Assembly: GCA_964016885.1 (NCBI GenBank)
Contig: CAXHJY010001587.1
Coordinates: forward strand, 44,082 to 108,081
Length of the DNA stretch: 64,000 nucleotides
Origin: Eledone cirrhosa
Lineage: Eukaryota
Direction of reading: 5' to 3'
In this document: positions 30,012 through 44,264 of the stretch, in pieces
How positions within the stretch are numbered: position 1 is the stretch's first letter
How the letters are laid out: the number at the start of each line of letters is the position of its first letter
Notes under the pieces: generated by a model
Told to the model about the DNA's origin: nothing
Seen by the model: only the letters and a program-made list of their open reading frames with translations
The model's database searches: none
Made by a program: the position numbers and the translations under genes

Positions 30012-32489
30012 GTGTGTTGTATGTGATCCTAGATGTGTGTATTACCTGCTGGTGTGTTGTATGTGGTCCTAGATGTGTGTATTACCTGCTGGTGTGTTGT
30101 ATGTGATCCTAGATGTGTGTATTACCTGCTGGTGTGTTGTATGTGGTCCTAGATGTGTGTATTACCTGCTAGTGTGTTGTATGTGATCCTAGATGTGTGT
30201 ATTACCTGCTGGTGTGTTGTATGTGATCCTAGATGTGTGTATTACCTGCTGGTGTGTTGTATGTGATCCTAGATGTGTGTATTACCTGTTTGTGTGTTGT
30301 ATGTGATCCTAGATGTGTGTATTACCTGCTGGTGTGTTGTATGTGATCCTAGATGTGTGTATTACCTGCTGGTGTGTTGTATGTGGTCCTAGATGTGTGT
30401 ATTACCTGCTAGTGTGTTGTATGTGGTCCTAGATATGTTTATTACCTGCTAGTGTGTTGTATGTGGTCCTAGATGTGTGTATTACCTGCTGGTGTGTTGT
30501 ATGTGGTCCTAGATGTGTTTATTACCTGCTGGTGTGTTGTATGTGGTCCTAGATGTGTTTATTACCTGCTGGTGTGTTGTATGTGGTCCTAGATGTGTGT
30601 ATTACCTGCTGGTGTGTTGTATGTGGTCCTAGATGTGTGTATTACCTGCTGGTGTGTTGTATGTGGTCCTAGATGTGTTTATTACCTGCTGGTGTGTTGT
30701 ATGTGGTCCTAGATGTGTGTATTACCTGCTGGTGTGTTGTATATGGTCCTAGATGTGTGTATTCCCTGCTGGTGTGTTGTATGTGATCCTAGATGTGTGT
30801 ATTACCTGCTGGTGTGTTGTATGTGGTCCTAGATGTGTGTATTACCTGCTGGTGTGTTGTATGTGGTCCTAGATGTGTGTATTACCTGCTGGTGTGTTGT
30901 ATGTGGTCCTAGATGTGTTTATTACCTGCTGGTGTGTTGTATGTGGTCCTAGATGTGTTTATTACCTGTTTGTATGTTGTATGTGGTCCTAGATGTGTGT
31001 ATTACCTGTTTGTGTGTTGTATGTGGTCCTAGATGTGTGTATTACCTGCTGGTGTGTTGTATGTGGTCCTAGATGTGTGTATTACCTGCTGGTGTGTTGT
31101 ATGTGGTCCTAGATGTGTGTATTACCTGCTGGTGTGTTGTATGTGGTCCTAGATGTGTGTATTACCTGCTGGTGTGTTGTATGTGGTCCTAGATGTGTGT
31201 ATTACCTGCTGGTGTGTTGTATGTGGTCCTAGATGTGTTTATTACCTGTTTGTGTGTTGTATGTGGTCCTAGATGTGTGTATTACCTGCTGGTGTGTTGT
31301 ATGTGGTCCTAGATGTATGTATTACCTGCTGGTGTGTTGTATGTGGTCCTAGATGTGTGTATTACCTGCTGGTGTGTTGTATGTGGTCCTAGATGTGTGT
31401 ATTACCTGCTGGTGTGTTGTATGTGGTCCTAGATGTGTTTATTACCTGCTGGTGTGTTGTATGTGGTCCTAGATGTGTTTATTACCTGTTTGTATGTTGT
31501 ATGTGGTCCTAGATGTGTGTATTACCTGTTTGTGTGTTGTATGTGGTCCTAGATGTGTGTATTACCTGCTGGTGTGTTGTATGTGGTCCTAGATGTGTGT
31601 ATTACCTGCTGGTGTGTTGTATGTGGTCCTAGATGTGTGTATTACCTGCTGGTGTGTTGTATGTGGTCCTAGATGTGTGTATTACCTGCTGGTGTGTTGT
31701 ATGTGGTCCTAGATGTGTGTATTACCTGCTGGTGTGTTGTATGTGGTCCTAGATGTGTTTATTACCTGTTTGTGTGTTGTATGTGGTCCTAGATGTGTGT
31801 ATTACCTGCTGGTGTGTTGTATGTGGTCCTAGATGTATGTATTACCTGCTGGTGTGTTGTATGTGGTCCTAGATGTGTGTATTACCTGCTGGTGTGTTGT
31901 ATGTGGTCCTAGATGTGTTTATTACCTGTTTGTGTGTTGTATGTGGTCCTAGATGTATGTATTACCTGCTGGTGTGTTGTATGTGGTCCTAGATGTGTGT
32001 ATTACCTGCTGGTGTGTTGTATGTGGTCCTAGATGTGTATATTACCTGTTTGTGTGTTGTATGTGGTCCTAGATGTGTGTATTACCTGCTGGTGTGTTGT
32101 ATGTGGTCCTAGATGTGTGTATTACCTGCTGGTGTGTTGTATGTGGTCCTAGATGTATGTATTACCTGCTGGTGTGTTGTATGTGGTCCTAGATGTATGT
32201 ATTACCTGCTAGTGTGTTGTATGTGGTCCTAGATGTGTTTATTACCTGTTTGTGTGTTGTATGTGGTCCTAGATATGTGTATTACCTGCTGGTGTGTTGT
32301 ATGTGGTCCTAGATGTGTGTATTACCTGCTGGTGTGTTGTATGTGGTCCTAGATGTGTGTATTACCTGCTGGTGTGTTGTATGTGGTCCTAGATGTGTGT
32401 ATTACCTGCTGGTGTGTTGTATGTGGTCCTAGATGTGTGTATTACCTGCTGGTGTGTTGTATGTGGTCCTAGATGTGTGTATTACCTGC
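30012..32489. repeat. 40-bp minisatellite, about 62 copies
   Basis: Unit GTGTGTTGTATGTGGTCCTAGATGTGTGTATTACCTGCTG, strictly phased with substitutions only. Confidence 0.98.
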
Positions 32490-32620
32490 ATGTATGTTTC
32501 TTTCTTTTTTTCTCTTTCTATTTTTAATATCATGATGACGGTTGACAAATAAAGTTCCTGCAATTTTTATTCTGTATTCTATTTTACAAACTGGTTTTAT
32601 CGGTTGTTATAGTTAGCTTT

Positions 32621-32800
32621 GTTGTTATGTTATTAAGGTTGTTGTGTGGTTTTTTGTGGCCGTCGTTGTTGTTATGTCATTAAGGTTGTTGTGTGGTTGT
32701 TGTGTGGCCGTCGGTGTTGTTATGTCATTAAGGTTGTTGTGTGGTTGTTGTGTGGCCGTCGGTGTTGTTATGTTATTAAGGTTGTTGTGTGGTTGTTATT
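32621..32800. repeat. ~48-bp tandem repeat, about 3.7 copies
   Basis: Unit GTTGTTATGTCATTAAGGTTGTTGTGTGGTTGTTGTGTGGCCGTCGGT. Confidence 0.85.
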
Positions 32801-33502
32801 ATAAAGGTTGTTGTGTTGTCATTGTTATTAAGGTTGTGTTGTTGTTATTGTTGTTAAGATTGTTGTTGATGCTGTCGTTGTTGTTGTTGTTTGTTTCTTG
32901 TTCAATAATTAAGATAATGTTCCAATAAAAACTTCCTTAATTTCTCTCAACTATAAAAAACATCTTTAACTTTTGCTGCAACAAATATTGAAAACTTAAT
33001 TCGTTTCATTTGTTTTCCGCCATATTGTCACGTGGATTTTATTGTTTGTTTGTTGTTGTTTCTTTTTTTCTTTCTTGAAATTAATTTTTTACTATTTTAC
33101 TACAAGTTATTCTTGGTGATGATGATGACAGTGGTGGTGATGGTGGTGATGGTGGTGATGATGATGATGATGGTGGTGATGGTGGTGATGATGACAGTGG
33201 TGGTTTGTTCTTACCATTTGTATATATTTATTTATTTCCCAAGAAATTTTAATTTATTCATTTTGCTTTTATTTTAAGTAAAAGAACAAATCACACACAC
33301 ACACACACACATACACACATACATACACACGCACATATACATACATAAAATATATATGTTTTCGCGTGTATGCATGATGAGAGAGAGAAATGAGAGGGTG
33401 AGAGAGATGAGAGGGGGAGAGAGATGAGAGGGGAGAAAGGAGAGGGGGACAGTTGTATGTGTCTGCGTATGAAACTATAACTTATTTGATGAATAAACAA
33501 AC

Positions 33503-33565
<63 letters not shown>

Positions 33566-34299
33566 TGCCTACGCTTATATACACACAGATAAACACATAC
33601 ATGCATGTATGCATGCACACATGTAGATATACATAACTATACATGCACACACACATACACACGCGCACGTGCATGAATGCACACGTGTAGATAAACGCAA
33701 ATACGCATACGAACACATGCAAGCATGCACACACACACACATACACACACACACACACACATATTATATATATACACACACATACACCACTTGGGACGTA
33801 CAAACATTGCAACACAGAGAGAAGACTGACAGATAACGACGCTGTAATCCCATGGAGGTTTACTAATTGGGCAAAGTTAAAAAGTTGACTTTTAATTTCT
33901 TGAGATATTTGCTAGTAAAATTCATTTAGTTTCCGACGCCGAATCAATATTTCTCTTCTCATTAACATACGCTTATCAGTTACTTGAATCATTTCGGTTT
34001 TACTTTCTGTCGTTATTTTAACTTTACTTCAACTAAGCAATGTATGCTTAAAATATTTTTTTAATATTATAGTCGACAAAATTATAAATTAAAAATTAAA
34101 TTTTAAAAAAATAAATGAGGATAAATGTGGTTTGGGGTTTGGGGTTTAGGGTTTTGGTGGGGTTTCCAGGTTGGCTATTCAAATGTTGCGAGCGTCGATG
34201 TGTTGCAGGGACGAGAGAAGATTTTTAATATTGTTAAACGTTTAATAACTGTTCCCAATTTGACTATAATATTTTGTATGTATTTGTATGTGTTCATGG

Positions 34300-34520
34300 A
34301 GGCGGTGGATTGGCAGTATCGGTAGAGGGTCGGACACCATGATTTGCAGCATAGAGTTACAGTCGTTTACGTTCTAAGTTCAAATCCCGCTGAGGTTTCC
34401 TTTGCCTTTCATCCTTGCGGGGGGGGGGTCGATAAAAGTACCAGTAACGTACTGGGGTCGATTTAATCGACTTTCTCTTCCTCCAAACTGTTGGCCTTGT
34501 GCCAAAATCTGAAACTATTT
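34300..34520 (+). mobile_element. SINE family A, full length
   Basis: GGCGGTGGATTGGCAGTATCGGTAGAG...AGTTCAAATCCCGC...TTTGCCTTTCATCC...AGTACCAGT...GGCCTTGTGCC. Confidence 0.85.
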
Positions 34521-34869
34521 GTATGTGTTCATACGTGTATGTATGTTTCTTTATATATATATGTGTGTGTGTGTGGTTCTTGTTTTTCTTTGTTTTTATT
34601 CTTATACGTTGACTAGTTGGAAAGATGGTTAGTTATTTTGTTGGTTGGTGGATAAGTTTATATGTTCTTTGGTTGGTTGATAAGTTTATTGGTGGCTGAT
34701 GGTACTAGCAGCACTACCAACACTCCTAGCACCAATACTGGTACCAGCAGCGCTACCACCAACACGAGTACTGGCAGCACCAGCGCTACCACCAATATTC
34801 CCGATTCCAACATATCATCAATCAGTACTATAACTGCAAACTTTATATTACAGAAAATGCTATCAGCCC

Positions 34870-35335
34870 CATCACAACCACCATCACTATTACCACCAGC
34901 ATCAAGTCTGCCATCAGCATCACCACAACCACCACCAACATCACCACAACCACCACCAACATCACCACAACCACCACCAACATCAGCACAACCACCACCA
35001 CCACCAAACCACAACCATCACCACATCCAGCATCACCACCACCAACAACACCACTACCACCACCACCACCACTACCACCACCACCGCCACTACCACCACC
35101 ACCACCACCACAACCACAAGCACCACCACCAAACCACCACCACCACCACCACCAACACCATCACCACAACCAGCATCACCACCACCACCACCGCCACCAA
35201 ACCACCACCACCACCAACAACACCACTACCACCACCACCACCACCGCCACTGCCACCGCCACCACCACAACCAGAACCACCACCACCATCACCACAACCA
35301 CCACCATTACCTCCGCCATCATCATCACAACCGCT
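34870..35335. repeat. (CAC/CCA)n-rich low-complexity array
   Basis: Read directly from the sequence. Confidence 0.9.
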
Positions 35336-35476
35336 GTAACTAACATTCGTTAGAAATATTCTGGCCAAAGGCGTGAAGCCACACATCCGACACGAACAAT
35401 TCCTTCAAGAAACTTCTGTATTGCTGCCATTGTATATATGTATATATATATGTATGTATGTATGTATATATATATG

Positions 35477-35507
<31 letters not shown>

Positions 35508-35536
35508 ATATGTATGTATATATGTATGTATATATG

Positions 35537-35572
<36 letters not shown>

Positions 35573-35639
35573 AGGGGGTAACGTGTCTCTGTATTTGTGT
35601 TATACACACAAACACACACACACACACACGAACACACAC

Positions 35640-35723
<84 letters not shown>

Positions 35724-35864
35724 GTGTGTGTATATATATATATATGTGTGTGTATATGTATATATATATATGTATATATATGTATATATATGTATATATA
35801 TATATATATGTGTGTATATATATATATATATATGTGTGTATATATATATATATATATGTGTGTG

Positions 35865-35895
<31 letters not shown>

Positions 35896-35902
35896 GTGTG
35901 TG

Positions 35903-35956
<54 letters not shown>

Positions 35957-36092
35957 TATATATATATACACATATGTAACTGACAGTGTATCTATACATA
36001 TCAGTATTTATATAAACATGCATTTATGAAATATATATATATGTAAGAATATTCACTATCACGTGTCGCACATGTGTGTGTATGTATATTTG

Positions 36093-36144
<52 letters not shown>

Positions 36145-36302
36145 ATTATATATATATGTATATATATATATTTTTTTGTGTGTGTGTGTGTGAAGGAGAG
36201 ACAGACTGAGAGATAGCTACATACTCTCTAATGTATAAATCTTGGATATTTTGTAAAACAAGGGAAAACATCACCCGCCGGGAAGTTTTTCTAGATTATG
36301 TT

Positions 36303-36371
<69 letters not shown>

Positions 36372-36451
36372 TATATATAAATATATAAAATATTAAAAAA
36401 ATAATGAATAAAACAATGAAACAGTTCCTTATATTAAACAAAAAAATTCAT

Positions 36452-36595
36452 TATTTAACGATCGTTTCTGGGATATATATGTGTTAGAATTGGCATGTAT
36501 ATTTAACAGATCTATGTACAAAATTATACAAAATTATACAAACTATCAAAATTAAATATACATACCAACTCATATATATGCCGTCTTCAGAAATA
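36452..36595 (-). ncRNA. Hammerhead ribozyme motif with a greatly extended (~115-nt) stem II, in a (TA)n-flanked cassette (~36390-36690)
   Basis: Minus: TATTT-CTGAAGA-CGGCATATATATGAGTTGGTATGTATATTT...AAATATACATGCCAATTC..ATATATATCCCA-GAAA-CGATCG-TT-AAATA. Stem III palindrome ACGATCGT; second copy at 47643-47776. Confidence 0.7.
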
Positions 36596-36725
36596 TTCAT
36601 TACATCTCTTCTTTCCATGATATCCGGATTACATTGAGTTCTTCATACGGATTGGACACTACCGTAAACTCTTGGTAGATTTATCTACATATATAAATAT
36701 ATATATATATATATATAAATATATA

Positions 36726-36780
<55 letters not shown>

Positions 36781-36785
<5 letters not shown>

Positions 36786-36891
36786 AAAAAGTATGACCCC
36801 GACGGCAGAGCTCAAGCCGTTTCGACGGCTATTTCTGAAATAGCCGTCGAAGCGGCTTGAGCTCTGTCGTCGAGGTCATACATTTTCCTAT
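36781..36891. other. 111-bp palindrome (55-bp arms, 4 differences, centre 36836) at the start of a (TA)n-flanked cassette ending at 36968
   Basis: ATAGGAAAAAGTATGACC...GACGGCTATTTC t GAAATAGCCGTC...GGTCATACATTTTCCTAT; GAGTACTC at 36917-36924. Confidence 0.93.
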
Positions 36892-37048
36892 TACCCACTC
36901 AACTGCCCTAAGTATTGAGTACTCTGGTGCGTTATGGTCCTTCTGGATCCTTACCACAACTCCTTCGTTATATATATATAAATTCCTAAATTTATAAATT
37001 TACTTTATTATAATAAATTGAAGTGACAGCAACTGGTACGTGTGTTTC

Positions 37049-37077
37049 TTATTGGCAACATGACCCTCCCAAAGTAT

Positions 37078-37081
<4 letters not shown>
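37049..37081 (-). mobile_element. TGTTATAC terminus (TIR-like), reverse orientation
   Basis: TTATTGGCAACATGACCCTCCCAAAGTATAACA abutting (TA)n. Confidence 0.6.
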
Positions 37082-37136
<55 letters not shown>

Positions 37137-37138
<2 letters not shown>

Positions 37139-37314
37139 GCTGGTGTCATGACAAAAAGCACCCAGTCTACTCAGTCAGGTGGTAGTGCTGGCGCCACAAT
37201 AAAAAGCACCTGGTTCACTCTCTAAGATGGTTGTACTGATGTCACAGAAAAAAGCACTCCGTCCATCCTGTCCCAAGCCCAAAACGCAGGATGTGGTCAC
37301 ATGGTCTGTCCAGC

Positions 37315-37315
<1 letters not shown>
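37137..37315 (+). repeat. Three diverged ~50-60-bp units with a TGCTGGYGYCA..AAAAAGCAC core, probably SINE-derived
   Basis: AAAAAGCAC recurs three times, each preceded by TG(C/T)(A)CTG.TG.CA; flanked by (TA)n. Confidence 0.5.
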
Positions 37316-37375
<60 letters not shown>

Positions 37376-37663
37376 GTTATTTACGTGTACAAGAGAGAGA
37401 ATCATTTCCAAAGATGGAATTGGTGGCAGACGAACTGTCACGACCCACAAAATCATCAACGATGACGTCACAAAGAACGGTTACTGCTCTCGTCTTCTTT
37501 CCGGTCTAGTGGAATCATCTACGTAAACTTATAACTCTCTCTTTTGGTCGGCTTCACCAGATTTTCGAGTAATATATCATAAGTCGGATGTGATGTAGAG
37601 AAATATATATATATATGTGTGTGTAAGTGTGTGTATGTACGTATGTGTGTGTATGTATGTATG

Positions 37664-37697
<34 letters not shown>

Positions 37698-37719
37698 TAT
37701 GTCTGTGTGTGGAATTTAA

Positions 37720-37757
<38 letters not shown>

Positions 37758-37983
37758 TACATATATACACATATATATACACATATACATACATACACAT
37801 ATATATACACACAAACATACACTCATATATATAATATTAGTCATAAGTCTAATCAAACAATGTGTGTGTGATATAAAATACCATACTTCTCTCTCCCTCT
37901 CTCTCTCTCTCACTGTCTCTCCCGCTCTCTCTCACTGTCTCTCCCGCTCTCTCTCACTGTCTCTCTCTCCCTCCCTCTCTCTC

Positions 37984-38060
<77 letters not shown>

Positions 38061-38341
38061 CTCTGTTTCCTCTAACCATCCTCTCTTCTCCATCTTTCTC
38101 ATGTTTGTTTTTTCCTATTTATATCTACCTCTCTCTCTCTCTCTACCTCTCCCTCTCTACTTCTCTCTCTCTCCCTCTCTCCCTCTCTCCCTCTCTCTCT
38201 CTCCCTCTCTACCTCCCTCTCTCTCTCCCTAATTCGCTCTTTCCCTCTCTCCCCCTCTCTACCTCTCTACCTCCCCCTCCATCCCTCTCTCTCCCTCTCT
38301 CACTCCCTCCCTCTACCTCTCTACCTCTCTCTCCCTCTCTA

Positions 38342-38391
<50 letters not shown>

Positions 38392-38549
38392 CTCCGGCTT
38401 CCTTCCTCCATGTTGCCCTAAATACGGTTTACTCCAATATGGACACAGATTCAGCCAAACATGTAACAATTTCTAGACTCATACATGAATGCCTGTACAC
38501 ACAATCATCCAGATATAAACACACTTCAAACACACACACATACACACAC

Positions 38550-38583
<34 letters not shown>

Positions 38584-39024
38584 ATGTGTGTATTTATTTA
38601 TATAGAGAGAGAGATATATAGACATATACTCACACACACACATATATACATATATGTGTGTGTATATATACATGTATGTGTGTGTGTGTGTTTGTGTGTA
38701 AGAACAAAATATGGTCACATATTATTGATGAATATAAAAAAAAAAATTAGAAGCCTATATATGCAAGTGTACCGGTGTGCTGATATCTGTGTATGCTAGC
38801 ACAGATATATTCATACACTGATGTGTGTGTGTGTGCATGCGTGTGTGTGTGTGTGTGTGTATGTGCCTCTGTGTGTGTGTGTCTGTGTGTGTCTGTGTGT
38901 GTGTGTGTGTGCGTGCGTGTGTGTGTCTGTCTGTGTGTGTGTCTGTTTGTGTGTGTCTGTGTGTGTGTGTCTGTGTGTCTGTGTATGTGTGTGTCTATGT
39001 ATGTGTGTGTGCCTGTGTGTGTGT

Positions 39025-39063
<39 letters not shown>

Positions 39064-39189
39064 TGTGTGTATGTGTGTCTCTGTGTGTGTGTGTATTAGA
39101 GAGAAAGAGAGAAGGAAGGGATGCTGCATGTCTGAGATATAATATCTAAGCATGTTTTTCTGTCTGAATACAAGACGCAAACCCGTATA

Positions 39190-39290
39190 ATTCACGTCAA
39201 TATCGTGTCCAAATTGCAGTCGGACAAACGGAAGTACTTTTGCCGCCATTGAATGATATTTGAGGTCATATATCTACACTTCCGTCACAT
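39190..39290. promoter_or_regulatory. Candidate regulatory motif cluster (ETS x2, YY1-like, CRE half-site)
   Basis: TCACGTCA ~39192, CGGAAGT 39229-39235, CCGCCATTG 39243-39251 and ACTTCCG 39278-39284 in CpG-retaining unique sequence; motif matches only. Confidence 0.35.
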
Positions 39291-39502
39291 CTTCAGCCAC
39301 TTGTTTATCTGTTGCTAATTCTAGAGTTTTCTTACAGAATCTCCAGACGAAGCTATCCAATCTTTTATAAATGATTTCTGATTTCTGAAGAAAACATTTA
39401 ATAAAAAAATGTTTAGTCGGACTGTTGTCACGATGGTGATATTTGCATGCACATGGGTATCTTCATAGGTAAACCACATAAACCACAATGATAATTGCCG
39501 AG

Positions 39503-39544
<42 letters not shown>

Positions 39545-39590
39545 TACCTTGTTCACAAGTGTCCTTTTTAGGCATCATATCATGTCTCCC

Positions 39591-39661
39591 TATTTTATCT
39601 GATGAGAACGCAAATATCGTCCCAGGATGATATTTGTTTTTGAAATGCGCATAATAAAATA
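39591..39661 (+). ncRNA. Minimal type-I hammerhead ribozyme
   Basis: TATTTTAT-CTGATGA-GAACGCAAATATCGTCC ca GGATGATATTTGTTTTT-GAAA-TGCGCA-TA-ATAAAATA. Stem I 8 bp (same as 20409), ~16-bp stem II with G-U pairs, perfect ATGCGCAT stem III; the cassette 39539-39708 is flanked by (TA)n. Confidence 0.85.
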
Positions 39662-39706
39662 CATATATAATAAAATACAACCTTTTTAACCATCTTTTAA
39701 TTTCTT

Positions 39707-39744
<38 letters not shown>

Positions 39745-39746
39745 TT

Positions 39747-39787
<41 letters not shown>

Positions 39788-40122
39788 TTTATATATATAT
39801 ATATATATAATATATTTATATATATATATATATATAAATATTTATATATATATATATATATAATATATTTATATATATATATATATAATATATTTATATA
39901 TATATATATATATAATATATTTATATATATATATATATAATATATTTATATATATATATATATATATAATATATTTATATATATATATATATAATATATT
40001 TATATATATATATATATAATATATTTATATATATATATATATATAATATATTTATATATATATATATATAATATATTTATATATATATATATATAATATA
40101 TTTATATATATATATATATATA

Positions 40123-40300
40123 GACGCATGATTTAGTATTTAGAATATTGGGCTTGCAATCGGGAGGTTGTGTGTTCAATTCACGGACCAATGATGTGTT
40201 GTGTCCTTGAGCAAGACACTTTATTTCACGTTGCTCCAGTTCACTCAGCTGTAGAAATGAGTTGCGACATCACAGGTGCCAAGCGAATGAGATCTTTACC

Positions 40301-40305
<5 letters not shown>
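40123..40305 (+). mobile_element. SINE family C (tRNA-like head plus GTGTCCTTGAGCAAGACACTT domain)
   Basis: Degenerate A/B boxes (GTTCAATTC) followed by the hairpin GTGTCCTTGAGCAAGACAC, familiar from V/Meta-type SINE central domains; inserted in (TA)n. Confidence 0.7.
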
Positions 40306-40397
<92 letters not shown>

Positions 40398-40399
40398 TG

Positions 40400-40437
<38 letters not shown>

Positions 40438-40450
40438 TGCATGTGTGTGT

Positions 40451-40486
<36 letters not shown>

Positions 40487-40488
40487 TG

Positions 40489-40520
<32 letters not shown>

Positions 40521-41150
40521 TGCATGTGTGTGTGAGAGAGAGAGACCATCTCGAAACAACAGCAAAAAAAAACCATCAAATCAAATATTACATTATTATA
40601 GAAGACAGTAGTATATGATTTAACGACGAAGGGGCTGGTTGGTGTGGTTTCGAGAAGGTCGGACATGGATTCAGACGTTCCCATGTATATTACCATACAG
40701 TCATACTTCTAGCCTCTAACTATATTCCGTAACTATTTAATTATCTGTATTTAATTGCCTGGACAGAGAAAATTAAAGTTGCCGCAAACCAACAGCTCGA
40801 CAGCTGGGTATGTTGTAAACTAACTGAACAGGAGTTTAAGGGCCAACACAGAGATAATAGAAAAATAGACAATCCAAACTGCCCCATCTCTACCGATATA
40901 ACTTGTCTATTGCTTAATATATCTTTCTCTCTCTCTTTCCTTTTCTACTCTCTCTCTGTCTCTCTCATATATTATATATATTAATTTATATATAATATAT
41001 ATATATATATTATATATATATATATATATATATTGAAAGGATAACAAGGACGATTGGTTACTCCTTCATTACATTTATTGGTAGGTGACGCGTGTTTCGC
41101 CACTGATCAGCTCAAGGTTCGATCTGTATCGATCTTACCCGACTCTATAA

Positions 41151-41193
<43 letters not shown>

Positions 41194-41271
41194 TATTTCA
41201 AGGGTACCAAAACTTTGATACGCTCTCACATATATGTTTGTTGAATTACCAACAAATGAAATATCCCTTTG

Positions 41272-41324
<53 letters not shown>

Positions 41325-41767
41325 AAGACAAACAGAAATAACAAAGCATACGACACAGTAGGATGAAGAAATATATTAGTTTTACGCTTGATACAGTAGA
41401 AGAAATATATATATATGAGTGTGTGTGTGTACATGTGTGTATGTGTATAAATATTTGTATGTAGATGTGAGTGCCTACCGTTTTGCTGCCACTCCATATA
41501 TGCCCTGTTAGTAAAATTTAAACCATTGACCAAATACATCCCACAGTGACCTCTATGTCAGGTATTTCGAGCTAATAAAGAACTTTTGCTAAATGTATTG
41601 AGTACTTTCTCTCTCATTTGAATTCACACACACAGATATACATATGTGTGTGTGTGTGTGTGTGTGTATGTGTGTGTGCGTCTGTGTGTGTGTTTTGTAC
41701 AGAAAGACAAACGTTAAATTATATATATATTATATTAAATATATATATATATATATATAATATATAG

Positions 41768-41960
41768 AGGGTGGTGGTTTGGCAATATCGGTAGAGGGTC
41801 GGACAACATGCTTTGTAGCACAGAGTTACGCCCCTTTCTGATCTGAGTTCAAATCCTGCCGAGGTTAGCTTTGCCTTTCATCCTTACGGGGTCGATAAAA
41901 TAAAGTACCAGTAATGCACTGGGTAATTGCTGGCCTTGTGCCTAAAGTAGAAACAATTAT
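41768..41960 (+). mobile_element. SINE family A, full length
   Basis: Aligns end to end with 5296-5478. Confidence 0.88.
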
Positions 41961-42485
41961 ATATATATATATTATTTTCCCAACTGTATACTTGCCAGTG
42001 TGTGTGTGTGAGAGAGAGAGATGAGAGATAGAAGAGAGAGAGAGGGGGGGGGGAGAGACGAGAGAGAGAGAGACAGAGAAAGAGATGAGAGAGAGGGGGA
42101 AGAGAGAGACGAGAGAGAGGTAGGTGAGAGAGGGAGATGAGAGAGAGGGGGAAGAGAGACGAGAGAGGGAGAGACAGAGAAAGAGATGAGAGAGAGGAGG
42201 AAGAGAGAGACGAGAGAGAGGTAGGTGAGAGAGGGAGATGAGAGAGAGAGAATGCAATGGTACGTAACCTATTCTCTACCTGCTGTTTCTCTCTACTGAG
42301 AACTAACAGACGGATGCATACTGACACAGAAATAGAAGATATATATATATATATACATATACATATGCACACACACACATATATATACACATTTACAAAC
42401 ATGTATATACATACATATAAATATATATATACATATGCACACATACACATGCATACACTTTACATTCACACATATACATATATAT

Positions 42486-42519
<34 letters not shown>

Positions 42520-42523
<4 letters not shown>

Positions 42524-42563
42524 CGTTCATACACTAACACATATCATATATACACACATATAT

Positions 42564-42594
<31 letters not shown>

Positions 42595-42733
42595 CGTTCA
42601 TACACTAACACATATATACACACATACATACACATATATATATAAATAGACATATATATATACACACACACACATATATATACGTTAATACACTAACACA
42701 TATATACACATATATACACATATATATATAGAC

Positions 42734-42800
<67 letters not shown>

Positions 42801-42859
42801 GTTCATACACTAACACATATATACACACATATATATATATATACACATATATATTTAGA

Positions 42860-42891
<32 letters not shown>

Positions 42892-42912
42892 CGTTCATAC
42901 ACTAACACATAT
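42520..42912. repeat. Compound repeat: TACGTTCATACACTAACACATA core x5 with variable microsatellite spacers
   Basis: Cores near 42522, 42593, 42681, 42798 and 42890. Confidence 0.85.
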
Positions 42913-42930
42913 ATACACACATATATATAT

Positions 42931-42988
<58 letters not shown>

Positions 42989-43392
42989 AATTACAACCGT
43001 CGCTGGCCCTTACATTTAGCCATTATTTATATCAAACTATTTATCAATAGTTTTATTTATTACATACGTCTGCACCAGCAATTTCACAACATTCCTCACC
43101 AATACACTCCCCCCCCCTCCCCCCATTTGTAGATATTTCTCTTCTCCCTCTTCCTTTCTCTCCACCCCAACTACCTTCAATCTAATCACACACACACACA
43201 CACACACACACGCGCACACACACACGCACACGCACACACACGCACACGCACACACACACACACACACACACACGCGCGCGCGCCCACACAGACACGCACA
43301 CGCACACGCACACGCACACGCACACACACACACGCACACACACGCACACAGACACGCACACGCACACAGGCACGCACGCACACACAGGCACG

Positions 43393-43459
<67 letters not shown>

Positions 43460-43850
43460 ACCCGCCTCATTCATCTATCTAAATTGCATTTTTTTTTTTC
43501 CTGACTTTTATCGTTTTCGTCTTCTTACCTCTGCACATGTCACAGCTAGCTATTGCAACTTTTCTGCTTGCAGTTATTGCAACAAGGTTCCGCCGTTAAG
43601 ACAAATTGAATACTAATACTAATTATTACATAGCAATCGGCGAAAGCAGACCACGTATGTGATCAATTTGATGGAGTTTCTCATGTCTGGTCCATTAAGC
43701 ACAAACGTTTGTGAATGTAATGGCGTTAAAGATATGGCGCATTGCTGTTCAAATTGCGACTAAAGAGAATCTTAAATCGTTTGTTTGTTTGAGTTGGACA
43801 GCCAGAGGATACTGTCCTGCTAGCTAGATGTAGCTGCATTGCTGATGACC

Positions 43851-43903
<53 letters not shown>

Positions 43904-44027
43904 TTGTGTGTGTGTATGTGTCTGTATATATATGTGTATGTGTATATATATATATACGTATATATATATATATATATATATATATTCGAATATATATATT
44001 GTATATATATATATATATTTATTTATA

Positions 44028-44059
<32 letters not shown>

Positions 44060-44264
44060 CACTATGATCATTAGTAGCAATGCAGCTGTATATATATATA
44101 ATGTATATATGTATATATATTCGAATATATCTGTGAAGGTGTAATCAGGTTAATGAATATATGCATGTGTGAGAGATTATGTATAAGCGCTATATATATA
44201 TAATACAAGCATGTGTGTGTGTATATATATATATATGAGTATATATGGGTGTGTATGTGTGTGT

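Noticed and set aside
39278-39300. Minus-strand CTGAAGA candidate
   Set aside because: Followed by GAAG rather than GAAA, with no stems.
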